Assembly (NCBI GenBank): GCA_012520055.1
Contig: JAAYPA010000029.1
Coordinates: forward strand, 1-40,095
Reading direction: 5' to 3'
DNA length: 40,095 nucleotides
Source: Mollicutes bacterium
GTDB lineage: Bacteria > Bacillota_I > Bacilli_A > RF39 > UBA660
The notes under the pieces are model-generated. The model was not told where the DNA came from. It ran no database searches and saw nothing but the letters and a program-made list of their open reading frames with translations. A program made the position numbers and the translations under genes. Position 1 is the stretch's first letter. Each line of letters begins with the position of its first letter. Shown here in pieces: positions 9,551 through 20,489 of the stretch.

Positions 9551-10438
9551 TTATGAAAAATAAATACTTTTCATTAACACAGCACCTATTTCCTGAGTAT
9601 TAAAAGCTTCACATATGGTTATGGGTGTTAAATTTACTTCCTTAAGTGCTTTAATATAATCTTCAGCTCTAGGCATATATTCATTATCACTGTCACTGTC
9701 AAAAATCGATAATTGATTTTCTTTTGTTTTATCCCCGAAAGCTTTATGAATTTTTTCCCCTTTTTCCGTATAATCTACCGGATAGACATGAAAATGAGTT
9801 TCCTCTAAAATTTTTCTTCCTAATTCTTTTTCAATTTTATTTAAAACTGCTATAATCTGATCTGCTGAATTCATACTACCCTTTTCTCTGGCATGTAGGT
9901 GGGCTAAATCTATACATGGTCTGGCAAACTTAACTCCTTTACATATTTCAATTATTTCTTCCAAACTACCCAATTGATTTATTTTACCACCTATTTCCGG
10001 ATAAACTTTAATATTTTTAAGATCTATTTCTTTTTCAAGTGAATTAAGAATCTTAATTATTCTTTCCAATCCGGCTTTTCGATCTGTACCATAACCTCCA
10101 CCGGGATGAAATATTATTCTCTTTACATCTAATATATGAGCTAGCTCAATAGCTTTTTTTAATTCTTCTTTTGATCTTTCAACTACTTCATCATTGGCTG
10201 AGCCTAAATTAATATAATATGGTGCATGCATAGTTAAAGTAATCCCATATTGTTTGGCTAAATCACGGTATAACACGGCTTGATCTTTTTTCATACGTAT
10301 TCCGTAAGTACATTGGATTTCCATCGCATCTAAATCAAGTTCCTTCAACCATTTAAAAATATTTTCTCTTTTTTTACCATACGGAGTAGCAAAAAAATTT
10401 ATAGGAAACCCTGCTACTCCAAATATAGGTTTATTCAT
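9551..10438 (-). CDS. nfo: Endonuclease IV (AP endonuclease 2 family, TIM barrel)
   Basis: HAPYYINLGS, FHPG, PEIGGKINQLGSLEE, CIDLAHLHAR. Confidence 0.85.
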   Translation of the reverse strand: MNKPIFGVAGFPINFFATPYGKKRENIFKWLKELDLDAMEIQCTYGIRMKKDQAVLYRDLAKQYGITLTMHAPYYINLGSANDEVVERSKEELKKAIELAHILDVKRIIFHPGGGYGTDRKAGLERIIKILNSLEKEIDLKNIKVYPEIGGKINQLGSLEEIIEICKGVKFARPCIDLAHLHAREKGSMNSADQIIAVLNKIEKELGRKILEETHFHVYPVDYTEKGEKIHKAFGDKTKENQLSIFDSDSDNEYMPRAEDYIKALKEVNLTPITICEAFNTQEIGAVLMKSIYFS

Positions 10439-10472
10439 AAAACACGTCCTTTGTTGATTTATTTCTATGAGT

Positions 10473-10913
10473 CTATTGGATAATTTTTCTAAAATACTCT
10501 CTTGCCTTATTTAAATCTTTATCATTAGGATGTTTTTTAGCTATACCACCAATATATTTAAGTGGTCCATATGTATCAAATCCTCTACAACCAAACGATC
10601 CTAATAATTTACATGATTTATCTTTAAAGATCTTTTTCATTTCTTTCGTGTAATTAGCTTTAACACCATAGGTATAGATTAAAAATACATTTTGGGAATG
10701 AGGTAAATAATCTTCGGCAAATTCTAAAATATCTTTATGGTATTTAGTATGATAAATACCGGAGGCAAAGCCAATTACATCATATTTAATTAAATCTTTT
10801 TCTTTTATTTTTTTAACATCAAATAGAGTTACATCAGCCATATCTTTAATGGCATCTAATACTTTTTTAGTATTACCATGATGCTCAGAATAATAAATAA
10901 TAGCTATTTTCAT
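10473..10913 (-). CDS. Flavodoxin-like protein
   Basis: YYSEHHGNTKKV, GFASGIY, CRGFDTYGP. Confidence 0.88.
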   Translation of the reverse strand: MKIAIIYYSEHHGNTKKVLDAIKDMADVTLFDVKKIKEKDLIKYDVIGFASGIYHTKYHKDILEFAEDYLPHSQNVFLIYTYGVKANYTKEMKKIFKDKSCKLLGSFGCRGFDTYGPLKYIGGIAKKHPNDKDLNKAREYFRKIIQ

Positions 10914-10934
10914 GTTTCCTCCAATTAATATAAC

Positions 10935-11300
10935 CTATTTATTTCTGTAATCTTCCCACTGACTATCATATTCATTAATATTTGATAAATAGTCCTTTTG
11001 AATTTCATCGGTAATCTCTATATTATTTGATATTCGTAGTTCATTTAAATAACTGATTACTGAAAGATGAATATTATTATTTTTCATATAAACATTCATG
11101 TCTTTTTCTTCAGTTAATTCTGCATCAAAAAATCTTTTGATTAAGTAATCTTTCAAATTCTCATCTGGAATATTAATATCATTTGTTTTTAATAAATCCA
11201 ATAAATAAAGGATTAATTCTTGATGTCTTTGTTCATTTCTAGGTAATATAGTTTCTTCTCTTTTTCCTATATCACCGGGATTAACATAATTATCTTGCAT
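10935..11300 (-). CDS. Hypothetical protein
   Basis: ORF; start moved to MQDN at 11300 (AAAGGTG RBS). Confidence 0.6.
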   Translation of the reverse strand: MQDNYVNPGDIGKREETILPRNEQRHQELILYLLDLLKTNDINIPDENLKDYLIKRFFDAELTEEKDMNVYMKNNNIHLSVISYLNELRISNNIEITDEIQKDYLSNINEYDSQWEDYRNK

Positions 11301-11369
11301 AATTAAACACCTTTTCCACAAAGTGGACCCTTTCTTCTATTATATTAAGTGCAAAATTAAATAGGTCTA

Positions 11370-12554
11370 TTATTTTTTTGTCAAAATACAAATTGTTTCA
11401 AAATGATAAGTTTGAGGAAACATGTCAAATAAATAACATTCTTTTATACAGTATTTATCTTTTAGTTTTTTTAAATCTCTTGATAAGGTATGAGGATTAC
11501 ATGACATATATATTATACTGCCTACATTTAAATTTAATATATGTTCCATAGTTTTCTTATTGATTCCACTTCTCGGAGGATCTACAATAATTAAATCTAT
11601 GTTATCTTTAATTTCACTTATCTTAGAACTATCTCCTAAAAGATAATAATTATTTTCTTGCTTATTCATTTTAGCATTTAACAAAGCATCTTTAATAGAT
11701 GAATAAGAATTTTCTATACCATATAGTTTTTCTTTATTTATAACGGTACCTAAAACACCTACTCCACAATATAAATCTATCATATTTGTGGTATTTGTTT
11801 TAGATAATATTTTAAATATTTCTTTTAAAATATCTATATTTACTTGAAAAAATGAATTAATAGATACTTTAAATAAATAATTATCGATAAATTCAATAAA
11901 GGAATCTTGTCCATAATATATTTTATCATTGATTATTATACCTAATAATCTATTATCTTTTTTTAATTCTTCAATATCTACTTCATATTTAGATTCTGTA
12001 TTTATACTAATTAATATTTCATCATTATAGTTAGAACGTATTACTATTTCACCGGTTGCTATTTTAAATAAGTCTTGTCTTTTAATAATTTTATTAATGG
12101 ATTCTTTTGCTATTAAACATTGATTGATAGAAACAAATTGATGACTTTGATTTTCATAATATCCCCATTTATAATTCTCAATCTTTAAAGTTACTTTATT
12201 TCGGTAATAATAATTTTTAGGACTTTCAATAACTATTGGATTGACATCTAAATGACAATTACTTTTAATAAGACTTACAAACTCTGTTTTTTTAAAATGT
12301 AATTGTTCTTTAAAATGAGATAAATTACATCCACCACATTCTTCATAGTAAGGACACTTTGGTATAACTCTCTCCGGACTTGTAGTTAAGTAATCTATAA
12401 CTTTTCCTTCGGCAAAACTCTTTTTTTCTTTAGTTATTTCAATTAAGACTTCTTCACCTGGTAAAGCGTTTTCAATAAAAATAATCTTTTTATCCAGATA
12501 GGCTATTCCTCTACCAAAATAATCTAGTTTTTCAGTTGTTAACTTTATAGGCAT
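11370..12554 (-). CDS. rlmD: 23S rRNA m5U methyltransferase (RlmD/TrmA family)
   Basis: TRAM domain, CPYYEECGGC Fe-S motif, SFFQVN, DLYCGVG, VDPPRSG, YMSCNP, DMFPQT. Confidence 0.9.
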   Translation of the reverse strand: MPIKLTTEKLDYFGRGIAYLDKKIIFIENALPGEEVLIEITKEKKSFAEGKVIDYLTTSPERVIPKCPYYEECGGCNLSHFKEQLHFKKTEFVSLIKSNCHLDVNPIVIESPKNYYYRNKVTLKIENYKWGYYENQSHQFVSINQCLIAKESINKIIKRQDLFKIATGEIVIRSNYNDEILISINTESKYEVDIEELKKDNRLLGIIINDKIYYGQDSFIEFIDNYLFKVSINSFFQVNIDILKEIFKILSKTNTTNMIDLYCGVGVLGTVINKEKLYGIENSYSSIKDALLNAKMNKQENNYYLLGDSSKISEIKDNIDLIIVDPPRSGINKKTMEHILNLNVGSIIYMSCNPHTLSRDLKKLKDKYCIKECYLFDMFPQTYHFETICILTKK

Positions 12555-13251
12555 ATAATTTCTTTACTTCCTTTATTGAAAGTTCTCTATAGTCTCCACT
12601 TTTAAGATTGTCTAAGGTTAAAAAACCATATTCTACTCTACTTAATTTATCTACTAAGTATCCCATTTTTGCAAAAATATTTTTAATAATATGATTTCTG
12701 CCTTCGATGATAGATACTTCTACGATGGAAGAATCTTTATTTAAATCATTTTTTTTAATTTTTACTCTGGTTGGAGTACATTTAATTCCATCAATCACTA
12801 TACCTTTTTTTAATTTATGATAATCATCTATTGCAAAAGCTTTATTTAATTTAACTATATATTTCTTTTCAACATGATTACTGGGATGCATTAAAATATT
12901 AGATAATTCTCCATCATTAGTCAAAATAAGCAGTCCGGTAGTATCGTAATCTAGTCTGCCGACTGGATATATTCTTTTATCGGTTTCTATTAAATCTATA
13001 ACGGTTTTTCTTCCCTTTTCATCACTGTTGGTAGTAACTATACCTCTTGGTTTATTTAATAAATAATAAACCTTATCTTCTTTACGTAAGGTTACTCCAT
13101 CAACGGTTATAATATCACTAGGTGATACTTTAGTACCTAAAGTTGTTACTTTTTCCCCATTAACATATACTTTTCCTTGAACAATTAATTCCTCAGCTTT
13201 TCTTCTAGATGTATATCCCGATTCAGCTATGACTTTTTGTAAACGTTCCAA
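12532..13251 (-). CDS. rluB: rRNA pseudouridine synthase RluB
   Basis: S4 domain ERLQK..SRRKAE, GRLDYDTTG; follows spmB as in B. subtilis. Confidence 0.9.
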   Translation of the reverse strand: MERLQKVIAESGYTSRRKAEELIVQGKVYVNGEKVTTLGTKVSPSDIITVDGVTLRKEDKVYYLLNKPRGIVTTNSDEKGRKTVIDLIETDKRIYPVGRLDYDTTGLLILTNDGELSNILMHPSNHVEKKYIVKLNKAFAIDDYHKLKKGIVIDGIKCTPTRVKIKKNDLNKDSSIVEVSIIEGRNHIIKNIFAKMGYLVDKLSRVEYGFLTLDNLKSGDYRELSIKEVKKLYAYKVNN

Positions 13252-13280
13252 TGATAATCACCCAGTTAATTTTAACATAA

Positions 13281-13799
13281 TTAGAAAAATAAGTATACCA
13301 GTAAAAAGGAGACAATTATTCCACATAAATCGGAAAATAAACCCACAGATAAAGCATACCTATTTTTATTTATACCAACACTGGCATAATAAAGTGCTAT
13401 AACATATAGGGTGGTATCTGATGAACCTTGAATGACACTAGCAAGTAATCCCATAGTTGAGTCAGGACCATATTCTTTAAAAATATTTGACATAATAGCC
13501 AAAGTACTTGATCCAGATATACTTCTTAAAAAACACATTGGTAATATATCTGATGATAATCCCAAATTTTCTAAAAATGGTTGTAAAAATTTAAACAAAT
13601 CATGAATAAGATTACTTTTTATTAAAATATTGATGGCAAATAACATACCAACAATATTAGGAAGAATTTTAACAGTCATAGATAGACCATTCTTAGCACC
13701 GATTAAAAATTCATCATATATATTTATTTTTTTCTTAAAACCATAAAAGACAATAAAAAATACTAAAAGAGGTAGAGCTATAAAACTAACTGTTGCCAT
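13281..13799 (-). CDS. spmB: Spore maturation protein B
   Basis: YDEFLIGAK, RSISGS, QGSSDTTLYV; follows spmA. Confidence 0.92.
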   Translation of the reverse strand: MATVSFIALPLLVFFIVFYGFKKKINIYDEFLIGAKNGLSMTVKILPNIVGMLFAINILIKSNLIHDLFKFLQPFLENLGLSSDILPMCFLRSISGSSTLAIMSNIFKEYGPDSTMGLLASVIQGSSDTTLYVIALYYASVGINKNRYALSVGLFSDLCGIIVSFLLVYLFF

Positions 13800-14370
13800 T
13801 TTTTCTCCTTATCAAATAATCTAAAGTTAAACCTCCAATTTGAGCAGATAAAGTAGCAATTAAACAAGCCGGAATGACAATAGTTGGATTTTCACTGCCA
13901 TACATCATTCTCAAAGAAATAATAGTTGTAGGAATAAGAGTTACACCTGCCGTATTTAAAACTAAAAATGTAATCATGGAAGTTGTTGCTCTTTTTTTAT
14001 CGGTATTTAATTCCTGTAATTTTTCCATTGCCTTTAAACCAAAAGGTGTGGCAGCTGAATCTAGTCCGGCCATATTAACGGCAACATTACTGGCAATATA
14101 ACCAATTGATTCATGTCCTTTAGGTATTTTAGGAAATAGTTTTGATAATATAGGAGTCATGATTTCGGCAATTCTTTTGATTAAGCCACTTGTTTCTGCA
14201 ATTCTCATTAGTCCCATCCAAATAACTAAAAGAGGTGCTATTTCTTTTATTAAATTAAAACCATCTTTCCCACTTTGTAAAATAACATTATTTATTTCCA
14301 TAATGTTACCATTAATTAAGCTATAAACTATTCCAACTAAAATAAATACTCCCCAAATAATGTTAACCAT
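13786..14370 (-). CDS. spmA: Spore maturation protein A
   Basis: MVNIIW, AATPFGLKAM, FLVLNTAGVTLIPTT. Confidence 0.93.
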   Translation of the reverse strand: MVNIIWGVFILVGIVYSLINGNIMEINNVILQSGKDGFNLIKEIAPLLVIWMGLMRIAETSGLIKRIAEIMTPILSKLFPKIPKGHESIGYIASNVAVNMAGLDSAATPFGLKAMEKLQELNTDKKRATTSMITFLVLNTAGVTLIPTTIISLRMMYGSENPTIVIPACLIATLSAQIGGLTLDYLIRRKNGNS

Positions 14371-15418
14371 TTAAACCAAACATCCTTTTTATTTTTTGCC
14401 ATAAAGTTAATTTTTTTTTAAGTTTTACTTCTTCTTTAAATATTTTTTCTTGATGATAAGTTTTACCATTTAAAATAACTTCCACTTCTCCAATAACATT
14501 AGTAACATTTTCCTCATAATAATTGATTTTTAAATTAACTTTTTTTAATTCATTTTTCGATAAAGTCATTTTAATATCATTTTTGATATAGGTATTAGTA
14601 TATTTAGTTTCAATAAAACCTTTTTTTACCAATATATAATTTTTATAACTTTCAAAATATTTATTATATAAATCTTCATGATCTTTAAAATCATTACCAT
14701 CTTTAAAAGTTACAACTGTTAAATTCATATTATCTTTAGAAGCAGTTGTAACTAAAGTTCTTCTAGCCAGTTCCGTAAAACCTGTCTTTCCCCCGGTACA
14801 ATATTCATAAGTATTAAGTAAACGATTTTTATTATGCCATATATAGGTTTTATAATTAGTAGTTACTTGATATTTTTTAGTAGAAGTAATTTTTTGAAAA
14901 ACATGATTTTTAATAGCATAACCAGACAGTACTCCCATATCATAAACCGAAGATTTATTACCTACATTACCTTTTTCTTCTAAACCATGATTATTTAAAA
15001 AAATTGTATTTTCCATACCTAAAGATTTAGCTGTTTCATTCATTAATAAAACAAAACCCTCCATTGATCCTCCCACATGTTTGGCAAGGGCCATAGCAGC
15101 ATCATTACCACTCCTAAGCATTAGCCCATATAAAAGATCTTCAACTTTTATTTTTTCACCTACTTCAACATAAATACCACTACCATAGCTTTTTAATACT
15201 TCTTCACCTATGGTAACCATCTCTTGTAAATCAGAATTATTAATTACTACCATAGCTGTCATTATTTTAGTTGTTGAAGCAATAAGATAAGGAGTATGGA
15301 TATTACTTCCTTCTAAAACCCGATTATTATCCGTATCCATAACAATATAGGCAGAAGCCGAAATCGCCTTAACATTTAAAGGTATAAATAAGATTAAAAG
15401 TAGTAAAATTCTTTTCAT
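14363..15418 (-). CDS. dacB: D-alanyl-D-alanine carboxypeptidase (spore cortex PBP5*)
   Basis: ASTTK (SxxK), SGN, KTG; signal peptide from MKRILL at 15418; dacB-spmAB synteny; upstream GCAT-N16-CATAAGTT resembles a sigmaE promoter. Confidence 0.88.
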   Translation of the reverse strand: MKRILLLLILFIPLNVKAISASAYIVMDTDNNRVLEGSNIHTPYLIASTTKIMTAMVVINNSDLQEMVTIGEEVLKSYGSGIYVEVGEKIKVEDLLYGLMLRSGNDAAMALAKHVGGSMEGFVLLMNETAKSLGMENTIFLNNHGLEEKGNVGNKSSVYDMGVLSGYAIKNHVFQKITSTKKYQVTTNYKTYIWHNKNRLLNTYEYCTGGKTGFTELARRTLVTTASKDNMNLTVVTFKDGNDFKDHEDLYNKYFESYKNYILVKKGFIETKYTNTYIKNDIKMTLSKNELKKVNLKINYYEENVTNVIGEVEVILNGKTYHQEKIFKEEVKLKKKLTLWQKIKRMFGLNG

Positions 15419-15473
15419 AGCATCACATTTAAACTTATGTTTTAAAATAAAAAAAATGCTTTTGATAAGCATT

Positions 15474-16232
15474 TTATGTGACTTTAAATAAAGCTTGTAA
15501 GAACTCTAAAATCATATTTGAGTTACAAAAACATATAAACAAACTAGTTACTAAAAAAGGCCCAAAAGGAAGCATGCCATCTTCATTTTTAATCGAAATA
15601 TATACAGCGTAAGGAAAAGCTAAAAAGGAAGCAAACATGACATAAAATAATCCTACCGGAACTCCTAAAACCATCCCGGCTAAAAAGGATAATTTAATAT
15701 CTCCTCCACCTAAAGATTCTTTTTTAAATAAGAAATTGCCTATCAACATTAAGACATAAACAAAGATAAAGATAACTAATCCATAGCCTAAACTAATAAG
15801 TGTTTTATCAATTCCCTGATAAATAATCTCAATAACAGTTATTAATACTCCACCAGCAATAAGTACTTCATCTAAAATAATCATATATTTAGAGTCCGTA
15901 ATAAATATTAAAACTACTAAACTTGCTAGAACTAATGATATATAGAACTCATAACTGAACCCAAATAATTTATAACTAATGGTAAAAAGAAGCGCTGTCA
16001 GTAATTCCATTCCCGGATACATAAAAGATATTTTTTCTTTACAGGATTTACATCTTCCTTTTAAAAATATATAGGAAATGACAGGTATATTTTCCCACCA
16101 AGCTAATTTATGATTACATTTTAAACAGTGACTACCCGGTTTAATTATTGAATTTTTATTGGGTAATCTTAAACCTACCACATTATAAAATGATCCTAAT
16201 ATTAAACCAATAATAAATATTAATACTCCCAT
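15474..16232 (-). CDS. pilD: Prepilin peptidase (A24, ComC/PilD)
   Basis: GSFYNVV..RLP, two CxxC motifs, ITD, GGGDIKL, PFGPFL. Confidence 0.9.
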   Translation of the reverse strand: MGVLIFIIGLILGSFYNVVGLRLPNKNSIIKPGSHCLKCNHKLAWWENIPVISYIFLKGRCKSCKEKISFMYPGMELLTALLFTISYKLFGFSYEFYISLVLASLVVLIFITDSKYMIILDEVLIAGGVLITVIEIIYQGIDKTLISLGYGLVIFIFVYVLMLIGNFLFKKESLGGGDIKLSFLAGMVLGVPVGLFYVMFASFLAFPYAVYISIKNEDGMLPFGPFLVTSLFICFCNSNMILEFLQALFKVT

Positions 16233-16241
16233 AATTACCCC

Positions 16242-17873
16242 CTATGTTTGAATTTGAGCATATAAATTGAACATTGGTAGGATTACAGCCATAACAATAC
16301 CACCAACTACAACAGCTAAGAAGATAATCATTACCGGTTCTATAAAGCTTTTCATACTATTAATAATTGCTTTATGACTATTTTGATAGTAATTAGCTAC
16401 TCTGCTCATCATTTCGGCTAGTTCTCCGGTTGATTCACCGGTAACGATCATATAATATGCTACATCCGGAACTGCCCAGTGATTTTTAAAAGCCTGACTT
16501 ATTTTATCACCTTTAGCAATATTTTGAATAGTCTCAAGCATTATTTCTTTATATATTTCATTATTGGTAATATTAGTTAAAATAGAAATACTTTGGGTAA
16601 TAAAAACATTATTTTTTAATAAAGATGAAAACGTTTTTGCAAAAATAGTCATTTCTTTATAAATAATTATCTTACCAATTATAGGTAAACGCATTAATAT
16701 TTTTTGGATAAGATGTCTAAAAGCTTTAATTCGGCGATATAAAATAGTTATTCCAAAAATAGCCAATATTAAGAATAATACAATATATATTATATTACCT
16801 TCCAAATATTTACTGGTATTTAAAATTAATAATGTAAACTGATTAAGTTCTGCTCCAGCTGATTGATATACCTCTTCAAATTTAGGAATAACAAATAATA
16901 AAATAAAAATAACAACAATTAAAGAAAAAGCCATAATGATTAATGGATAACTCATAGCCGTAATCATTTGTTTTCTAGTTATTTCAATATCATCATAGTA
17001 ATTAGCCATTTCATCTAAAGTTTGTTCAAGTTCACCAGTTGCTTCAGCGGCTTTAATCATATTTACCAATAATTTAGGAAATACATTGTTCTGTTTTTCT
17101 AAAGCTGATGAAAAAGATTCTCCTAAAGTTAAATTATAAATTATCGAATCAAAAATTCTTTTTTTGCCGGCATCTTTACTCATTTGTTTACTTAAGATTC
17201 GCATTGAATCAGTAAGTGGAATACCAGATTTAATATAAGTTGATAATTGAGTAAGCCAAAAAATTAAATCTTTATTGTTAAATTTTCCGGCATTAAAAGA
17301 AGTCGGTCCATATAGAAATTCGATTAATTTAGAAGTTTCTATCTTAAGTACTTTATATTTTTCATTTTCCAAATATGTATAAACTTCTATTTTAGAATAC
17401 GCTATAAAAGTATTTACTTCTTTTTGACCTTCACTATTAATAGCTGTATAACGATATGTTACCGGTTTTTCATTACGACCGGTATCTTCTTGTAAGGAAG
17501 ATAATAAAGCTTCTCTGATTTTTTCTTCTTTTTCTCTTTGTTTTTTTACAAATGATAAATTATTATAAAATTCTTTTAATCGATTTGGCTTTTGAGGTTT
17601 TTCTTCCTCTTGTTCTTCTTCCTCTACTTCTATTTCTTCATTATTTAAATTAACTGCTTCATTGGGAGCTATATCTTCTAATTTGATTTTTTTATCTTCT
17701 TGTTTTTTATAGATTTTAAAAATAGTATCACCTAAGACTTTAAAAAAGATACGAATTGGTGATACTACTCCATAAAAAACATAGTAACAACCTATAAAAA
17801 AGTACATTAAAACTATAAAAGGAAGTTTTAAAATTTTAATTAATGAACTAGATTTTACTTCTTGCGTTGCCAT
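16242..17873 (-). CDS. pilC: Type IV pilus platform protein PilC (T2SS F family) with long N-terminal extension
   Basis: QLSTYIKSGIPL, AAEATGEL, AMSYP, TGESTGEL, FIEP..LPMF. Confidence 0.9.
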   Translation of the reverse strand: MATQEVKSSSLIKILKLPFIVLMYFFIGCYYVFYGVVSPIRIFFKVLGDTIFKIYKKQEDKKIKLEDIAPNEAVNLNNEEIEVEEEEQEEEKPQKPNRLKEFYNNLSFVKKQREKEEKIREALLSSLQEDTGRNEKPVTYRYTAINSEGQKEVNTFIAYSKIEVYTYLENEKYKVLKIETSKLIEFLYGPTSFNAGKFNNKDLIFWLTQLSTYIKSGIPLTDSMRILSKQMSKDAGKKRIFDSIIYNLTLGESFSSALEKQNNVFPKLLVNMIKAAEATGELEQTLDEMANYYDDIEITRKQMITAMSYPLIIMAFSLIVVIFILLFVIPKFEEVYQSAGAELNQFTLLILNTSKYLEGNIIYIVLFLILAIFGITILYRRIKAFRHLIQKILMRLPIIGKIIIYKEMTIFAKTFSSLLKNNVFITQSISILTNITNNEIYKEIMLETIQNIAKGDKISQAFKNHWAVPDVAYYMIVTGESTGELAEMMSRVANYYQNSHKAIINSMKSFIEPVMIIFLAVVVGGIVMAVILPMFNLYAQIQT

Positions 17874-17977
17874 TAATTTAAACCTCCTTTTCCTATTCTA
17901 GAAACATTATAGCATAAAAAAAAATGATATTAAACATTTTTGTTTTTTAGACATATAATTATTATAGGTGATTCTTT

Positions 17978-18226
17978 ATGTACGGAACTCCTAATTTTTC
18001 CTTAAATACTTTCTTAACAGGAATATCAAAAACTTTAGGTGTAGCCAGAGAAATTATTCCTTTATGGCAACAAACGAGACCTCTTATTAATAATGCTCGG
18101 AAAGCTTATAATTTAATAAAACAAAACAATAATAGAAATAATCCAACCAATAAAAATCAAAATACTCAAAATATTCCAGAAAAAAAGGATTATTTAAAAT
18201 CCAATAATCCTCAGTTCTTTTTATAG
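17978..18226 (+). CDS. YqfQ/VrrA-like small sporulation protein
   Basis: FLTGISKTLGVAREIIPLWQQTRPLINN pattern; upstream CATATAAT resembles a mother-cell -10 box. Confidence 0.6.
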   Translation: MYGTPNFSLNTFLTGISKTLGVAREIIPLWQQTRPLINNARKAYNLIKQNNNRNNPTNKNQNTQNIPEKKDYLKSNNPQFFL

Positions 18227-19566
18227 TATTCAATCAAATTAATAAATTCTCTTTTTCTTAAATCCAATTCTTCTTCATTTTGAGCTTCAAAACGTAAAGT
18301 AATATAAGAACTAGTATTGCTACCTCTTATTAAAGCAAAACCATCAGGATAATTTACTCTAACCCCATCGATAGTTAATACATCCTTATATTTTTTTAAA
18401 GCATAGTCTTTAATTTTTTCTACGAGGTCCCACTTTTTATCATCATCGACATCTATTTTAATTTCTGGAGTATTATAATATTTTTCAAAATGTTCATATA
18501 ACTGTGAACATTTTTTATTTGTTTCAGAAATAATGTTTAATAATCTAATACTGGCATAAATGCCATCATCATAACCATCGAAATCATCTCTGAAGAAGAC
18601 ATGTCCGGAATATTCTCCACCAATTAAACAGTTTTGATTAATCATTTCATTTTCTAAATAAGCTGAGCCATTTTTGAGCATTATTGGTTTACCACCAATT
18701 CTCTCAATTTCCTTAGACAACCCTGCCGAACATTTTACATCAATAATAACGTTTTTATTATTTAATTTAGGTATAAAATTCTCAGCATATATTCCGATTA
18801 AAGTGTCAGTAGGTACAATATTTCCTTTTTCATCTACGACTCCTAAACGATCTCCATCTCCATCAAAAGCTAAACCGATATCTGCTTTTAATTCTAAAAC
18901 ATGATTAATTAATTCTTGTAAGTTTGAAGGTTCATTAGGATCCGGATTGTGAACCGGAAAAACCCCATCACTGATTTCATTCAAATATATAACGTTTTTA
19001 AATAATTTATCAAATACTTCCTTTATTAAAATAGAAGGAGTTCCGTTACCTGTATCAATTACTACTTTTAAATTCGGATTAACTTCTGCTTTGGAAATTA
19101 ACATCTGAATATATTCTTCTTTCAAATTTGATTCGGTAACACTACCATTACCTGTACTAAAGGTACCATTTTTAATAAAATTATAAAACACTTGTAATTC
19201 TTCTTGTTCTAAATGAGTAAAATTTTCTCCAAATATTTTAAATCCATTATGATGAGATGGATTATGACTGGCTGTAATCATAATCCCAAAGGGAATATCC
19301 AAACTATGAGCTGAAAAATTAAATAATGGTGTTGTACATAGTCCTATATTTACAATATTTACTCCTGTACTTAAAATACCTTCAATTAATTTATTATGAA
19401 GTGTTTCACTACTTAAACGATTATCATAACCAATTTGGCAAATATTTTTCTTTTTTGTTAATAAATAAGTCCCAAAAGCTTGACCAACGATATATGCTAC
19501 TTCTTCATTTATTTGATCAGGAAATATTCCTCTGATGTCATTCTCTCTTAATATATTGTAGTCCAT
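18211..19566 (-). CDS. Phosphomannomutase/phosphoglucomutase (AlgC type)
   Basis: DIRG, ITASHNP, FDGDGDR, GEYSGH. Confidence 0.92.
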   Translation of the reverse strand: MDYNILRENDIRGIFPDQINEEVAYIVGQAFGTYLLTKKKNICQIGYDNRLSSETLHNKLIEGILSTGVNIVNIGLCTTPLFNFSAHSLDIPFGIMITASHNPSHHNGFKIFGENFTHLEQEELQVFYNFIKNGTFSTGNGSVTESNLKEEYIQMLISKAEVNPNLKVVIDTGNGTPSILIKEVFDKLFKNVIYLNEISDGVFPVHNPDPNEPSNLQELINHVLELKADIGLAFDGDGDRLGVVDEKGNIVPTDTLIGIYAENFIPKLNNKNVIIDVKCSAGLSKEIERIGGKPIMLKNGSAYLENEMINQNCLIGGEYSGHVFFRDDFDGYDDGIYASIRLLNIISETNKKCSQLYEHFEKYYNTPEIKIDVDDDKKWDLVEKIKDYALKKYKDVLTIDGVRVNYPDGFALIRGSNTSSYITLRFEAQNEEELDLRKREFINLIEYYKKN

Positions 19567-19689
19567 AGGATCACCTATTATTATTATATAATAAATTAAC
19601 TTTAAATACTTTTTTTATTATCCGGAAAAAATATACTTTACACTCATTTTTTTAATTAAAATTTATATGATTTAATAAAAGGAGAATTT

Positions 19690-20253
19690 ATGAATAATAA
19701 TTTAAGCGCTTATCATAGTGAATTACCTTTTCCACCAATAAAAGTAAAAGAAAAAAATCTTGTATATGCTTCTTTGCTTATGAACGGCTATGCAGGATTT
19801 ATTAGTGAGTTTACTTCTTTATCTCAATATTTTTATCATTACTTGGTAAATGAAGAAGTAGATCAGGAAATAGCTAATATGTTAAGAAATATTTCGACAG
19901 TGGAAACAATTCATTTAGATATTTTAGGTAAAATAATAAAAATGTTAGGTGGAGATCCTAAATATTATGCCCAGGATAATTACTGGACAGCTGAATATAT
20001 TACATATGGAAATAATATTTTAGAACAACTTGAAGCTGATTTACAAAATGAATTAGATGCCATAACTAACTATAAAAAAACGATATCTCAAATTCAAGAT
20101 CCTTATATCATTGGTATTTTAGAAAGAATCATTTTAGATGAAGAAGTCCATGTCAGATTATTTGAAAAAGCTATTGAAAAAGTTAAAGAAAGTCAAAAAC
20201 CTAAAGAAACATTGACTGATGTTGTAGAAGAAATATTTCCTAGTAAAAAATAA
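19690..20253 (+). CDS. Ferritin-like di-metal protein (Mn-catalase/CotJC/rubrerythrin-like)
   Basis: E..QY, ETIH, E..Y, EEVH four-helix carboxylate pattern. Confidence 0.8.
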   Translation: MNNNLSAYHSELPFPPIKVKEKNLVYASLLMNGYAGFISEFTSLSQYFYHYLVNEEVDQEIANMLRNISTVETIHLDILGKIIKMLGGDPKYYAQDNYWTAEYITYGNNILEQLEADLQNELDAITNYKKTISQIQDPYIIGILERIILDEEVHVRLFEKAIEKVKESQKPKETLTDVVEEIFPSKK

Positions 20254-20342
20254 AAAAATGTAGTCTTTAAAGTTGTAAAATAAAAGCATATACTTCGTTT
20301 TATGTACACTTTTATATTACAACTTCATGTTATACATTTTTT
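20253..20342. repeat. Long imperfect inverted repeat (about 90 nt)
   Basis: Nested arms AAAAAATGTA/TACATTTTTT, AAGTTGTAA/TTACAACTT, ATAAAAG/CTTTTAT. Confidence 0.65.
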
Positions 20343-20489
20343 AAATATCTTGAGTATTTATTTTTCATAATAAACCAATATCTATATCGTAATGAAAATT
20401 TTACCACTTGGTAATATTAGTATTCTATTTATACAAATTGTTAACGAACCCATATTATATGAAAAAACTTAATAAAGTAATCACTACTT

